Source: the human T2T-CHM13v2.0 reference genome, Homo sapiens. Taken from it: a stretch of 64,000 bases of DNA. The notes beneath the pieces were generated by a model that was not told where the DNA came from, did no database searches, and was given only the letters and a program-made list of their open reading frames with translations. This document shows positions 41,336 to 58,219 of the stretch, piece by piece. The stretch is taken from the NCBI RefSeq assembly GCF_009914755.1, contig NC_060935.1; one strand, 5' to 3'. The position numbers and the translations under genes were made by a program. Positions within the stretch are counted from its first letter, which is position 1. The number at the start of each line of letters is the position of its first letter.

Positions 41336-42138
41336 ATACTTACGGAATATCTGGGTACAAATATCTAGTGGACAACTAAATGTATAGGAATGAGTTCTTA
41401 GCTAGTGCTATTATATTTGTGATGGTAGTTGAAGAAACTTGAATAGGTGTAGATCAACAAGGATGAGATTGAACCAGAAAGACAGTTAATATAGTATCTT
41501 GGGTCACATGTTTGGGGAGGACAGAAGTACTTTCAAAGGCTGGAGGAACAGCTACAGGGGAGTAGTAGTAGAACAGGCAGGGGAGTACATTATAAAGGAA
41601 ACTTGAAGGGATGAAAGTTGAAAGTAGAATGTAATTAACATTGTTCAGTAGTTAAATAAGAGTAAAACTTAACAGAGTCATTCTTTCAAAAAATATTTCT
41701 TGAATACCTGTGTGGGGAACCAGAGAAAGATTGGTAGATAAATAAGACCAAGTCTCTAATAACACGTAATACTATCTGAGGAGACAAGTTTGGGAAGGTT
41801 TCTTGGAGGAAGGTAATATTTTAAGGTAGAGACTCTTTAAAGGGTAAGGAGGTGAGTTGGGTATTTTAGGGGTGTGGTGGTAGAGATATGGATACTAAAG
41901 TGGACATTTCAGGCTATGTTAGATGTGGAACACTGCTAGGATATGAAGTTTTGTGATGAGGGAAAGTGGTGAGAAAAGAGGCTGGAAGGCCAATTAGAGT
42001 AGTCTTGAATACATGCATGTTAAGGAACTTGCCTTTATCCTGCTGACTGTTTCCCATACTTAAATTTGGATACTACTTTAGTGATTTGCCATAGGCTTAT
42101 AACCCCTAAACTGTAAGTTACTAAACATTTTTCTTTAA

Positions 42139-42452
<314 letters not shown>

Positions 42453-42927
42453 AGTAATATTACTTTTTAAACTTAGAAACCATTTCCAGAGGGAACTTCA
42501 TTGTATTGTTATAAATAGAAAACCAGTATTGTTTGCTACATATAAAAGAGAATAGAAAAAATATGAATGATTATTACGTTAAAAAAATTAAAAGTGGAAT
42601 GTAGCAATGCATCCTTTGATATAGAAAAATGCCCACTTGGAAATAAGTTCCTCAGTGAGAATACTATTTTTGGTCAGTTAGCAATAAAAGGGCCTTTGCT
42701 TGAATAGTGTTTGGTTTCTACCTAAGATGAGATTTTAAGGTCATTAAGACAATTCCATTTTTAAATTTTGATGTTAATAAGCACCAAGAATCACAACTCT
42801 CAAGTCTGCGTACTTGGAAAGATCATAATACAGTTAATGGTCAACTTTGTCCAACTTTATTGTTAATTCAAGCACTAATAAAAATTAAGCCCTTTTGTTC
42901 CAAGAAGCCATCTAAAGTAGTTTATAG

Positions 42928-43240
42928 CAGGGGTCCCCAACCCCTGGGCCAGGGCTGCACAGCAGGAGGTGAGCTGCCAGGGCGAAAGAGCATTACTGCC
43001 TGAGCTCCACCTCCTGTCAGATTGCTGGGGACGCATTAGATTCTCATAGGAGTGCGAACCCTGTTGTGAACTGCACATGTGAGGGATCTAGGCTGCACAC
43101 TCCTTAAGAGAATCTAATGCCCGATGATCTGAGGTGGAACAGTTTCATACTGAAACCGTACGTACACTCAAATCCCCATCTGTGGAAAAATTGTCTTCCA
43201 CTAAATCCGTCCCTGGTGCCAAAAAGGTTGGGGTCTGCTC
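42928..43240 (+). mobile_element. MER1B hAT-Charlie MITE
   Basis: TIRs caggggtccccaacc and ggttggggtctgctc; 8-bp TSD gtttatag/atctatag. Confidence 0.88.
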
Positions 43241-43296
43241 ATCTATAGAATCTATTCTTCTGAGTGTGTCAAGTTATTTATTGGACATCTGGAAAT

Positions 43297-43720
43297 GGAG
43301 AAGGGATTTTTTTTGTCTACTCTTTGCTGCCATCCAGTTTGGGAAAATTCTCGCAAAAATTTTCAAAAATTTCAAGCATCTTTTACAATTTTCGAAATAT
43401 TTCCAGTGAGTTTTTCAGAGGAATCCTTAACTGGTCCTTTCAGAGAGGAAAAAAGTATCCAGCTCACCTACATATCTCATAGTTCTAGTTTCACATTTAT
43501 CTTGTTCACTTTGTTTTGTACGTGGAATACGTAAACTTGTCAGGATAAATTTAGGTTGTTCACATAAGTAGATATATTTGTCAAGATATGCTTATTTGCA
43601 GAGCCTGTCTCAGGCATGCACATGATCTCACAAACTGAAGATTTCTTCCAGAAATATTTGAAATTTTTCCTGCAGCTCAAAAGGATGCATGAAGAGTTTT
43701 CCACTCTTTTTGCCAAACTC
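43297..43720 (-). mobile_element. Decayed hAT-Charlie (Buster/ZBED5-type) transposase fragment
   Basis: Reverse translation gives FELQEKFQIFLEE, LCK*AYL, VNNLNLS*Q, VFHVQNKVNKINVKLEL* and KNPF. Confidence 0.65.
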
Positions 43721-43789
43721 TATATGTAGCCCCAATTTTGAAGTTACTTTTATAAGGTTTTAAATAAATGGTTTTGAACTGTAATGACT

Positions 43790-44040
43790 AACAAAAGGCA
43801 TGTGAATGATAGTGCTAGAGATGCTGCCACCAAAGTACCAAGAAAGAATATCATGCTTGATGATAAAATAAAAGCTTTGGAGTGTCTCAAATTGGCTGAA
43901 TACATTTAATGAGCTATTAGAGGAAACATGGTAAAGATGGATGGTCATTTAGAAATTCTAAAGTCCTGTAATGTTGAGGAAGCTAAACATTATCAAATCT
44001 TGGAAGAAGTAATCAATATAGGAAGAAGAAGGAGGAGAAG
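43790..44040 (+). mobile_element. Possible ancient Tigger/pogo transposase N-terminal fragment
   Basis: KVPRKNIMLDDKIKALECLKLAE resembles the CENP-B/pogo psq HTH start. Confidence 0.4.
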
Positions 44041-44578
44041 CAATACTTTGGATACTAAGCAATAGTTTCAATACTAAGTTGAAATTACTTAGCTAACCTC
44101 AATTTAATGGACTCACTACATTTCCTCTGCAGAACATGACTTTTACCCAGTGAGTTAAATGCTTGTGTCTCATGGCTATTTTGTAGTGTGTCTGAATGCT
44201 TCTACTTCGTCCAGTTGAATTGTATAATCTCAACCCGTTGTACTTGAATTGGAATTAGATGATTTAGTTAAATATTATGAAAACTGAAAACTGATGAAAT
44301 CTGAGCACCAAAAAGAAAGTTATTTCTATAAACAGTGAGTTGTGTGTGCTTTGGAAATAAGAGTAGAGACTTGTCACTGAAAAAAAATTCTGTCAAATTA
44401 GACGTGTATACAAAACAATTATTATTTGGAAAGTATCTTCTAGATTATTATGAATGTCTTTCGTTTCTTGCTCCACTCTAAGGAAACAGGAAATAAATCA
44501 TAGCTGATATATTTTAGGACAGTTTATACCAGAAAGCTGATGGGACACTCCAATCAACAGACCCCTACTTAAAGAAAC

Positions 44579-44928
<350 letters not shown>

Positions 44929-45602
44929 TTACATAAGTTGAAATAAAGTTTAAGGTTTGTATGAATGGTTTTTAATTATTTCCTGCTTTAACTATTCTTT
45001 TCCATTAAATGACCAACCACTGGTACCAGTGGATTGGATAAGACAGTTGGCACTGCGTGGATAAAGGAGGTTTAAAGAAAAGGAAACATGAAATGCCTTC
45101 TTTTTGAGGCTGCTACAATAACCAAGTTACAAGTGTGCTGATTAATTTATTATTCCTGTTTCCAGAAATGTCTTATTTGTATTTCATTTTTAATATTTTT
45201 AAATTTAATAGTTTACATTTCCCCCACTAGTGTTGCCTTCTATTTGTAGCAAGTTAATACTGGTTTTCTATTTATAATAGTGAGATAAAGTTTCCTTTGG
45301 AAAGGAATGTTACCTTTAAAGAAAAACATTAGGTGACTAATAATTTGGTGCTTATGTGACTGTGGCAAATCATGAAGATAGTATTTTAAGTATGGAAAAC
45401 AATTGCTAACCAGCAAGATAATGTCAAGTTCCTTAATATGAACTCACTTCTTGGCCTTTGTCTACCTTCTCCAGCTTCATGTCTTACCACTTTCCCTTAT
45501 TATGGACTTCATGTTGATCAAGTGGAGGCTCCCTCTCCTCAAGGAGAGTCCCTAGGCCAGATTCAGAAGATGGTTGGTAGAGAGGGGATTTGATAGCTTC
45601 TG

Positions 45603-45676
45603 AGGACAGTGCTTTGGATGGAGAAATATCATGCAACTTAGGACAGTGCTTTGGATGGAGGAATATCATGGAACTT
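45603..45676. repeat. 37-bp tandem duplication
   Basis: aggacagtgctttggatggag(a/g)aatatcatg(c/g)aactt twice. Confidence 0.9.
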
Positions 45677-45732
45677 TAGTTTTCCAGCTTTATTGAGCTT
45701 TGCCTGTGATATTCACTTGTTTGGGGGGCTGT

Positions 45733-45866
45733 TTGGAGACAGGGTCTCACTACATTGTCCAGACACAATCACCATGTACTGCAGCCTTGAAGTCCTGGGC
45801 TTAAGTGATCCTCCCATTTCAGCCTCCCAACTAGCTGGAACTACAGGCTCGAGCCACTGTGCCTGA
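45733..45866 (-). mobile_element. Alu monomer, degenerate
   Basis: gagacagggtctcact...gagccactgtgcctg. Confidence 0.7.
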
Positions 45867-46576
45867 CTCTTACTCACTTTTTTGTTCCCAATACCTGGAA
45901 GAAGATCGTCAGTCTGTAAATATTTGAAATCTAAATAAGGGTTATGGTGCTGTAGTATAAGGCCAAATCTTGGGCACCAAACAAAAAAAAATTTAGAAAA
46001 ATCCCTTAGCCCATCCCATGCTGTGCTGGGAGCTTCATCTTTCTTTTTAATTGCAATTTAAACGATCTACTGCTACAAGAGGGTTGTGGTAAAGCAGAAT
46101 TTCTTATACTGTGCAGGTGGGCATGTAAATTGGTTTAAACTTACAGAAAATAATTTGACAATATAGTTCAAAAGCCTAAGAAATGTTTAAACTTTTTGAA
46201 TTAGTAATGCCAATTTTGGTATATATCTCAAGACATTAAGGATATACAGTTTTAGCTGTCATTTTATACAAAGAGATCACCCACACCATTATTTTAGTAG
46301 GGGCAAAGAGGAACCAATGTAAGTCTGGTGCCTCTGAAGAGGTAGACCTAGAAACTGGGATGACAAGGAACTCCCAGGGGACTGCTGTTAATAAATTACT
46401 TTATGTCATTTGATAAAATATATGTAAGCATTAAAGACATTTTCAAGTAAACCTTAGTGAGGAAATTGTTCATGATCTGTGAAAAGTATGGGATAAAACT
46501 TCAAATATAATGCCAGTTACATTTTTAAAAAACATTCATGTGATGCTTTTAAAAAGACTTCTAGGACATGTACCAA

Positions 46577-46845
<269 letters not shown>

Positions 46846-47735
46846 ATGTACTACTTTTTAAGTGTTTCTGGGTTGTGAGATTATAGATGAATTTTGTTTT
46901 ATTCTTCACACTCATATGTTGTTTTCTAGGCTTTTAACTATGTGTATATATATATATTGCCTTTGTCATGAGAGACACTTTTGTTTTTAAGTGAAACCTC
47001 TGTTTAGTTTTTATTTATTTATTTGATCTTTATTTTAATGGAAAGGTAACTGTGCTGGTAAGCTGATAGATGATTGGAAGGAATAATTCTTGAGACTAGG
47101 AATGCAAATGAAAGACTGCTGGGAGATATGAGAAGCTCCTGAACTAGGGCAGTGGTGATAGGATTGGAGAGGAATATCGTGATCAGTAAGACATAGGAAT
47201 AAAGGAAAAAGAGGGATCCAGGATGACTCCCAAGTTTCTGGGTGTTTAAATGTAATACATTTGAGATGAAAGTTTGGCTCTTAAAAAATATTCTTATTTG
47301 GGGAATGTTTAAATTTAGTGAGGTCATTAACAACTTCAGATTCCTTTTATACTTCAATTCTTTAAATTCTATATGTTGCCAAAGATCCTACTTCTAATTT
47401 GTTAGGGTTAACAAGAAGAAAGATGATATGTCTGTGAAGACATGTTTCTGACATCTGTCACCCTATGGATTGCCAGTTGATAGACCTGGTTGTCTTGATA
47501 AGTATTAGCTGACTCCCCAACCAGTTTATTTGCACCACTTCTGAAGCAATAAGCTTGGTTGAAAAAGGGCACCTCCCAAGTAGGGAAGGATAATTTTTAG
47601 GTCAAATTATAGAAATTGCATGTATCCCTGTTAACACTTCCAACACCAACAAAAAAATAGACAGGAAAATGACCCTACCAGCTAATTCTCCATTATAAGA
47701 CTTTGAAGAAAAGGTTCCATTAAAAACAGAAAAGA

Positions 47736-48025
<290 letters not shown>

Positions 48026-48084
48026 ACCTTGAGGACCCAAATTTGATTTAAATTTAGATGTACTATCTGCTTTGGGAGAGTTAC

Positions 48085-48217
48085 TTTATTATTATTTAGT
48101 AGAGACAGGGTCTCACTATGTTGCCCAGGCTGGTCTCCAACTTCTGGCCCCAAGCAGTCCTCCCACCTTGGGCTCCCAAAGTGCTGGGGTTACAGGCGTG
48201 AGCCACCAACCCTGCCC
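48085..48217 (-). mobile_element. FLAM / Alu left monomer
   Basis: agagacagggtctcactatgttgccc...gagccacc. Confidence 0.82.
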
Positions 48218-48491
48218 TTAAGTTATTTTTTTGATCTTTTCATGACATGCTGTGGGCAATAAAATAATACAGTGGGTGATCTGTTGTTGCAATTCAAATA
48301 TGGAGTTCCTTTTTCTTCCACAAAAGTATTGGCTGATTTCTTTCTTTTTCTGGCTGTGAGCAACAGGTAAATTAACATGACCATGGTCTGTCCCCAGCGT
48401 CTTGACTCAGATTTCTTAATTTGAACTTTTCCATCTTCTCCACTCCAAGATCACATGACAACATCCAACATCAGTGGATAGAAATAATTAG

Positions 48492-48834
<343 letters not shown>

Positions 48835-49101
48835 TTAAGAAGCTTAGTTGCTGTCCAACAGTCTTATTGCATCTGATTCTTTTGGTGCTTGCTTACTCAA
48901 GTAGGGATCACATAGCATGGGAAGGAAAGAGCAGATCTGTGATTCTGTTGTTTACATCTCAGAATTGTGGTTTGTGAATAGTTTTGAAATTTTTCTTATA
49001 GTTTTGGGAGAAATTTGTTAACGGAATTTTTAAGGATTATAGGACAGCACAAAATAATTTCTCTTGTTTAGATGCTTTTAATAATAAAAAAAATCTGTTA
49101 G

Positions 49102-49423
<322 letters not shown>

Positions 49424-49448
49424 TAGAATACTGTTTAAATGATAAAAT

Positions 49449-49829
<381 letters not shown>

Positions 49830-49847
49830 TTATATTTGAGTGGCCTC

Positions 49848-50202
<355 letters not shown>

Positions 50203-50472
50203 TGAGTAGCCTTTTTATTTAAAGGGAATCGGCATTTGTTTATTACCTGGTATGTTCTGAGTATCAGGCTGTGTACTTAACCTCACTTAATCCTGACAGC
50301 ATTCCTATAAAGCAGATACCTAACAATTATTTGTGAGGAAATTAAGGTTCAGTGACTTTCCATAAATTTGCTTATGGTCACACAATCCATTGAGTGCTTG
50401 TGCCAGGTTTTAATCTCAGTCTGACCAATACCAAAACTCATTTTTTCTATGTATGTTTCCCTTTTAGAAAGA

Positions 50473-50685
50473 TTTTATTTTTTTAATTTTAATTTTAATT
50501 TTTTAACTTTTAGGTTCGGGGTACATGTGCAGGTTTGTTATATCAGTAAACTCTTGTCATGGGGGTTTGTTGTACAGATTATTTTGTCACCCAGTTACTA
50601 AGCCTAGTACCCAAAAGTTATTTTTTCTGCCCCCTCCCTCCTTTCACCCTCCACCCTCAAATAGGCCCCAGTGTCTATTGTTCCC
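50473..50685 (-). mobile_element. 5'-truncated L1PA (older primate) 3' end
   Basis: ggggtacatgtgcaggtttgttat...; TSD tagaaagattt on both sides. Confidence 0.85.
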
Positions 50686-50874
50686 TAGAAAGATTTCATA
50701 AGTAAATGTCATCTAGCCTGTAAATTATTTTTGTTTGCCAGCATTTATAATATAGGTGGTCATTCTTTAGGTGCTGAAACAGAATTGGTTTTGTCCTTAG
50801 TGTCTGGCTGTCTCCAATGATAACAACATCGTCTTTTATCATGACTGCTGACTAAAGTACTATATTCTCAAATC

Positions 50875-51216
<342 letters not shown>

Positions 51217-51559
51217 TAATACATTTCAGAGATAAAGGAGAGCTATTTCAGAACTGGTGCTTATTGGTAAGTTTTAAAGAGTTAAAGTCAGTGAACTGGT
51301 GGTATAAGCCATTTAATCATTATGTTTATCATTTTATAGATACTAATCGGAGTAATGCAGTTTCAACAAAAGTAGTTTATTTTGGGGTATACAAGAATTT
51401 TTATTCTTTAAGCTAATTAATTCTAAATTTAAAAGAAGGAAAACACCTGAGAAGCTTGCGCTCTTAGTGTTACTACACAGAAGTCTCAATGTAGCTGCAA
51501 CATCTGATTTTAAAATTTTCTTTTTTCGTCTTATACTTGGAATATTTCACAATAAAGTA

Positions 51560-52500
51560 AAAAGAAAATGATATACATCCATGTACCTGCTACTTAGTGT
51601 TATCTTTTTGGGGGACGAGGCAAGCAAATAAAAATTAGAGATGAAGTCGAGGCTCCCCTGGGTATTTTCCCCCGATCCTGTTCTCTTCTGCCCCTTTCCA
51701 GAAGTAAACATCATAGTAAACTTGGTGTTTGTTGCTCCTATGCATGTTTTTATACTTTGGCTATATGTTATGTATCTTCAAACATTATGGAAATTTTTGC
51801 AGATTTTTAAACTTCCTAACATTTGAATTCATGTTCTATATTCAGCAATGTGTTTATTAACAAAATATCAATAAAAATTACTAATTATAACTGTTACTAT
51901 TAATAATGAATATTAATAAAATATTATGAATATGATATGAGGTAGGGATTGAGTTTTATTCTTTCATGTGGAGAATCAGTCGTCTAGCCCCATTCACTGT
52001 GCAGTCTGTCTTTTCCCTACTGATGGGTAGCACTATCCTTGTCATACATAATGTTTCCATTATTTGTAGGTTTGTTTCTGAGCTTTCTAATCTTTTCCCT
52101 TGGTTTGACTATTTCTGTACCGACACCAAACTGTTCAGATTACTTTAGCTTCATAAGCAAAGTAAATCTCCTTACCTTGTTTTTCTTCTTCAAAATTTTC
52201 ATCGCTATTCTTAGCTTTTTCTTTTTCCATATGAATTTTGGGATCAGCTTGTCAGGTTCCCTTAAAAGTTTTATTTTTTTTTAACATTGTAATTGCATTG
52301 AATATTTAGTTTAGTTTGGAGAAAATAGGCATATTTATGATATTGTCTTCCTATACATGAACGTGGTTTTTCCTTAGAAATTCCAGATATTCCCTTATGG
52401 TCTTCAATAGTAATTTATAATTGTATCCAAAAGTCTTAAAACTTTTTTGGCTAAGCTTATTTCTAGGTACTTTATGATTTTCTCTGCTTTTAGAATGGTT
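51560..52500 (-). mobile_element. Old L1M fragments
   Basis: tatgatatgaggtaggg; tttccatatgaattttgggatcagcttgtc. Confidence 0.65.
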
Positions 52501-52965
52501 GGTCAGTCTCTTTCTTTCCCTCTCCTCCTCCCTCACTTATTCTTTTCCTTCCTGTTTCTTCCTTCCCATCCCCCATTCCAACCTCCTTTCATTTTTTTTT
52601 TCTCTCTCCTTCCCTCCCTTATCACCTTTTAATTTTATATTGTTTTGGCTGACAGTTCTATTTAAGGTAGTGTGTTATAGAGAAAAGTATATGGAACTTA
52701 GAGTCAAAATTGCTGGAAATGAGTCCCCGCTTCGTCCTTCAAGAATTATATGATAATTAAGTCAACTTTTCTGAGCCTAATTCTCTTAATCTGTAAAAGG
52801 AGAATATTTACTTTTATACTGTCTACCTCACAGAATCAAGTGAGATATGTGCATGAGGTTTTTTCCTAATTAAAAATTCAGTGCTAAAAAGAGTTCTTTC
52901 TAGGGGAAAAAAATGCCAATTTCCCCCAACTAAAAGTATAGACATTTATTAAAACTGTATCTTTA

Positions 52966-53316
<351 letters not shown>

Positions 53317-55565
53317 TTATAACCCTTATACCCCACTTCCTAAAAAAGGATGTGAAATGGTTTAAAGGGCACGTAAACATACACTCACCTCAGTTAAAGA
53401 TGTTAAAAATAGAAAATCAAGTTATTACAGTGAGATCAGTGCAAATATGATAATTATGAGGGCTAATACAGCCATTGTAATTAAGCCTCTCTGCTTTCAG
53501 GATTCTGTGGGAATAAGGTAAATATGATTTGGTTCTATTGTTGGATGTATTTCCTCCTTTGAGACAAACCTAATTTTACTCCCATTAAATTAAAAAAATA
53601 CTGTCCACCAAGGTTTCAAGACAATATTGGGAACAATATCTGCTACAACAGTTTCATAAGTGAAAGAGCACTTTTTCAAATGGTTTTTTGAATGACCGTT
53701 ACTAAAAATCTGAGGGGAAAACAGAAAGCAGCACTCACCAAAACTGATTTCTTTGGAAAAACTAAACCAAGGTTATTTAGATAGCTTATGATCTAATTTG
53801 TCAGGCACTGAGCTGGTTTATAACCTAGAGCAGTGATGCTTTCAACATTTTTGTGTTAACACATATGAACTTTTGAATACTAAAATTTTTGGTAATATGT
53901 TGAAACTTCCAAGGGAACATTAGATAAAGTAATAGTAACTATAAGGTAACCACTAGTACAGTAAAAATGCCTTCTAGTTACAAATGAATCCAAAGCAATC
54001 TCTATTTTACTTAACACTATTAAGCACTGCAGTCTGAGTTTGATTAGAACTGTTTACTCTCTGATCTCCTCTGATCTTTTTTTTTTAATTCAGGAACCAA
54101 AATATTTATATGTTCTAATATAGATATACCATCTTTAACATTGGCTTGAAATTATGTAATGCCTCTGGATTGTAGTTATTTGTGCTTCACTATACCCTGT
54201 CATATACTGGCCCAGTACAAAGTTCTTTCTGACAAGCCTTTCTACCAGTGTGTTATTAACTAGTTTGCTTTGTATAATGCAGTTCTGCTCTCAAATACAT
54301 CTAGGCAAGTAACCAAAGGAATCCTAGGTTAACTTTCTGCATTTGAAAGATGTATTTATGGAAGACTGAAGCTTATTTTTTATATGGTAAGGCAGGTGCT
54401 CAGTTTTTATGGGGCTTTTTTTCCCTATAATTTTTCAACTTTTTGTAAAAAGCAGACAGGATTTATGATAAGATAGGCCTGAGTTCAGATCCAGGCTCTA
54501 CCATTTGTTAGCTGAACAACCTTGGAAAAGTTATATAGCTTCTCTACCTTAGCTTTTGTCTCTTTATCCCCAATATCTCTTATCATGTCTACTTCATAGG
54601 ACTTCAGATGTGAAGTTTTTAAAAATTATCAAACTGTAACTTATTGATAATTTTCTGCTTAAGGTCACTCTAACTGAGGAACCTACCCCTAGAATTAAAA
54701 ATAAATGCACAAAATAAGCTATTAATAATAAATGTTGAAAAAAGCTATTCCGTATTACCAGTATAATCTAAACTGAAACAAGATTTTTTCTTAGAAGTAA
54801 TTTTTTCTAAGTATAACAATGCTTTAAAATAACCATTATATAAAATTTCTGACATAGATAAAAATTAGAATAGCTTAATGAACCTTCACTGACCTGTTAC
54901 CAGCTTTAGTAATAAAATACAGTTTAGATTAATCCTTTTCAACCATATAAGATATAAAGTGACAAGGCCCCTCCCCTCTCCCAGTTGTTTAATATGATTT
55001 ACCTGAGGTAGCCACCATTAACTTCCTTTACACAAATGAAATCACCCCATAGGTGCTGTTTTGTAGCTTGACATTTTCATTTAACAATATACTTTTTAAA
55101 ATATGTTTTATTTCCATGTGAGTACCTATGTTCTGTGGCTATACAACATTCTGTTCTCTACAATGTTCTATATAATATTATGGCAGCAAAACACAAAAGA
55201 GTGAAATGAGGGATGTTTGTTTTATCCACTGCTGTGTTCCCAACACCTAGAACAGTGCCTGCACATAATAGATGCTCAATACATATTTGGTGAATGAATT
55301 AACATCTAGTTAGGAAATGTATTTCTAACTTGGAAATGTATTTCTATTATTGGTACGATATTCTATTATATAATTGTATAATGATTTATTTAACTAGTAG
55401 AATAATGATGGATGGTAGGACTTTGGGTTTTTTTCACCTTTCTATGTTTTTTTCCCCCTTCTATGTTTTTTTCCCCCATATTCTCTTCAGGGAGCAACTA
55501 TTATCTTGATAATGGTGGCAATTTAAGAAACTACTTTGAGAAAATAATTAAAATATGAAAAATGG

Positions 55566-55866
<301 letters not shown>

Positions 55867-57329
55867 AAAAAATGTATTTTTATGGACACCCATAGCTAAA
55901 TGTCTTTCCATCTAGTGGCTGGTTAACCAAGCATGGTTCCTCCTGTTTCCTTTCCCTATGATCATTTCAGAGTATAACCATTGTTTAGTGTAGGAGAGAT
56001 GTTATGACTTTTAGATATGCTTTTTTTCATAAAAAGGAATTGCCTAGTTAGAATTTTTTAAAGATATCTCACAGTTCAGCAGTTTTGACATTGCTGGGGA
56101 AATTTTATCCAGGGATACAGAAGAAACGTTCATTCATTTTTATTTAAGCACCTATAAAAAGTAGGGGGGTACTTCTGGCAATACAGTTGGGTTACTGTTT
56201 GTGGCTAAATATGTGTGTGAACATTACGACATTTGATGAAAACAGCTTCATTGAGCTACTGAGCTCTCCAGCTGATTTTTCTTCTTGGCCTTAAAGGTTT
56301 ACAAGGCTAAGAATCAATCTCCTCTGGGGTAGATGGCCTTACGGATTTTAAATATGTGTTGTGATAAAAGTGATTTTACTCTAATACAGCATAGTACAAG
56401 TTAACTTCCAGTATGCAGAATTGACCTCGTGAATTTTAGTTTAATGATCTCAGTTCTCATGAACTTGCAAACATAGAAAAAAAATAAATATTTTTAAAAA
56501 ACTTTTCTTTTTAAATTGTGAAAAACGTATATGATGGTTACAGCAAAGATTATGCTTTTATGACTAATTCATTACATTGAGTCATACATATTAATGATTC
56601 AAATTACTAACATAGCTCTATTAAATTAAATCTACCATACAGTATACAGGTATTCTGTACTTTGAAATTTCATAAATTTTTGGATATCAACTCTCAGAAG
56701 GGTATACTAGTAATTTGCTTTTACCCACAAAATCTTCAGATTTGTCAACAAAATGAACGAGATTGGTATTTTCACTTTAGTTTCTCAGTGAAAATAAAGA
56801 ATGGGTAGATGAATGGTCCAAAGAGCTAAGAGAGAAGACTTAATTTAAACTCAAATAAACATGCCCAGAATGACCCTCTCTTTTTCTGCCCTTCCTCCTG
56901 CCACAGTTAGCCACTGTATGTCTCAGGTTTTAGGCAAAGTGAGTCTTCTTATCATGGAAACTGTGAACATTCATTAACAACTGGTTTTACTTTGAAACTT
57001 AAACAGCAAACACCAAAGAGTGAATTGTTGGTATAATCCATGGGAGTCTTGAGATTGACGTCAGAACACCAGTACAGCTGTATAAGCATTGGGAAGTATT
57101 TTTAACATCCGTGTTAGATCATCTTTTTGACCTTTCCTTTTATGTTTTCTCTTTTTCCATTAAATGGTTAAAAAAAAGAGCTTTACAATATTTTCTACCA
57201 ACACTGTAATGATATTCTTAAAAAAAGCACCCGTACAATTATTTTCTTTGTTCCTTTCCCCTTTGCAACTTTCCTTTACCTGTAGTGTTCCAAGTTCTGA
57301 TGGGGTGGCCTTTTTTTTTTTTTTTAAAT

Positions 57330-57870
57330 AAAAAGTTTGTTTTTGAGAACAGGGCTAGATTTGCCGAAAATGAGAAGCTAGAAAATAACATATACCCCAT
57401 AGGCATGCTCAGAGTCCCCTATTATTAACATATTACATTTGTGTGGTACATTTGTTACTGAACCAGTGTTAACATTAATATTAATTAAAGTCTGTAGTTT
57501 ATTCAGATTTCCTTAGTTTTTACCTATTGTTCTTTTTCTTTCCTCAGAAACCACATTATATTTAGTTTGTCATGTTCCTTAGCCTCCTCTTGGCTGTGAC
57601 AGTTTCTCAGATTTTTCTTGTTCTTGATGGTTTTGACAGTTCAAATGAGTACTGGTCAGGTTTCTTGTAGGATGCCCCTATATTAGAATTTGCTTGATGT
57701 TTTTCTTACGATTTGACTGGAGTATGGGTTGTTGGAAGGAAGATCACAGAGGTAAAGTGACATCTTCATCAACTCATGCCAAGGGTACTTACCGCTAACA
57801 TGATATGTGACTATTGATGATGACCTTGATCACCAAAATAATGTTTATCAGATTTCTCCAGTGTAAAGTA
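57330..57870 (-). mobile_element. L1MC-like 3' UTR fragment
   Basis: ctattattaacatattacatttgtgtggtacatttgttac...ctgtgacagtttctcag. Confidence 0.7.
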
Positions 57871-58219
57871 TTGGAATGTTCTGGTAGGCATATCCTAGTT
57901 AGGTTAATTGCTCTGGTAATTGCTTGGGCTTTAGTTATTAAATAAATCATCATATTGGTATACTGCTCATTGAAATGTTAAATTTTTTTTTTTACAAATA
58001 ATGTGTTCAGAGTTGAGAATTAGATTTTTTAAATGTTCAGATTGTATTTTCAAATTGTATTTTTGAAATAAAGCTTTCCTTTCCTGTCGAATTCTAAAGA
58101 TTTTGTTTATCTAAGGGAACAACTTAGGTTCGTATTTTAAGTAGGAAGTTAGAGAGCCTGGTCAGTTTATCTGCAATTTAAATTCTAGACACTGAGACTT
58201 ATTTCCTTCATTTTATCTT

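Noticed and set aside
50816-50852. C/D box snoRNA-like ATGATA...CTGA in the duplicated 70-mer
   Set aside because: Imperfect C box, too short, no terminal stem
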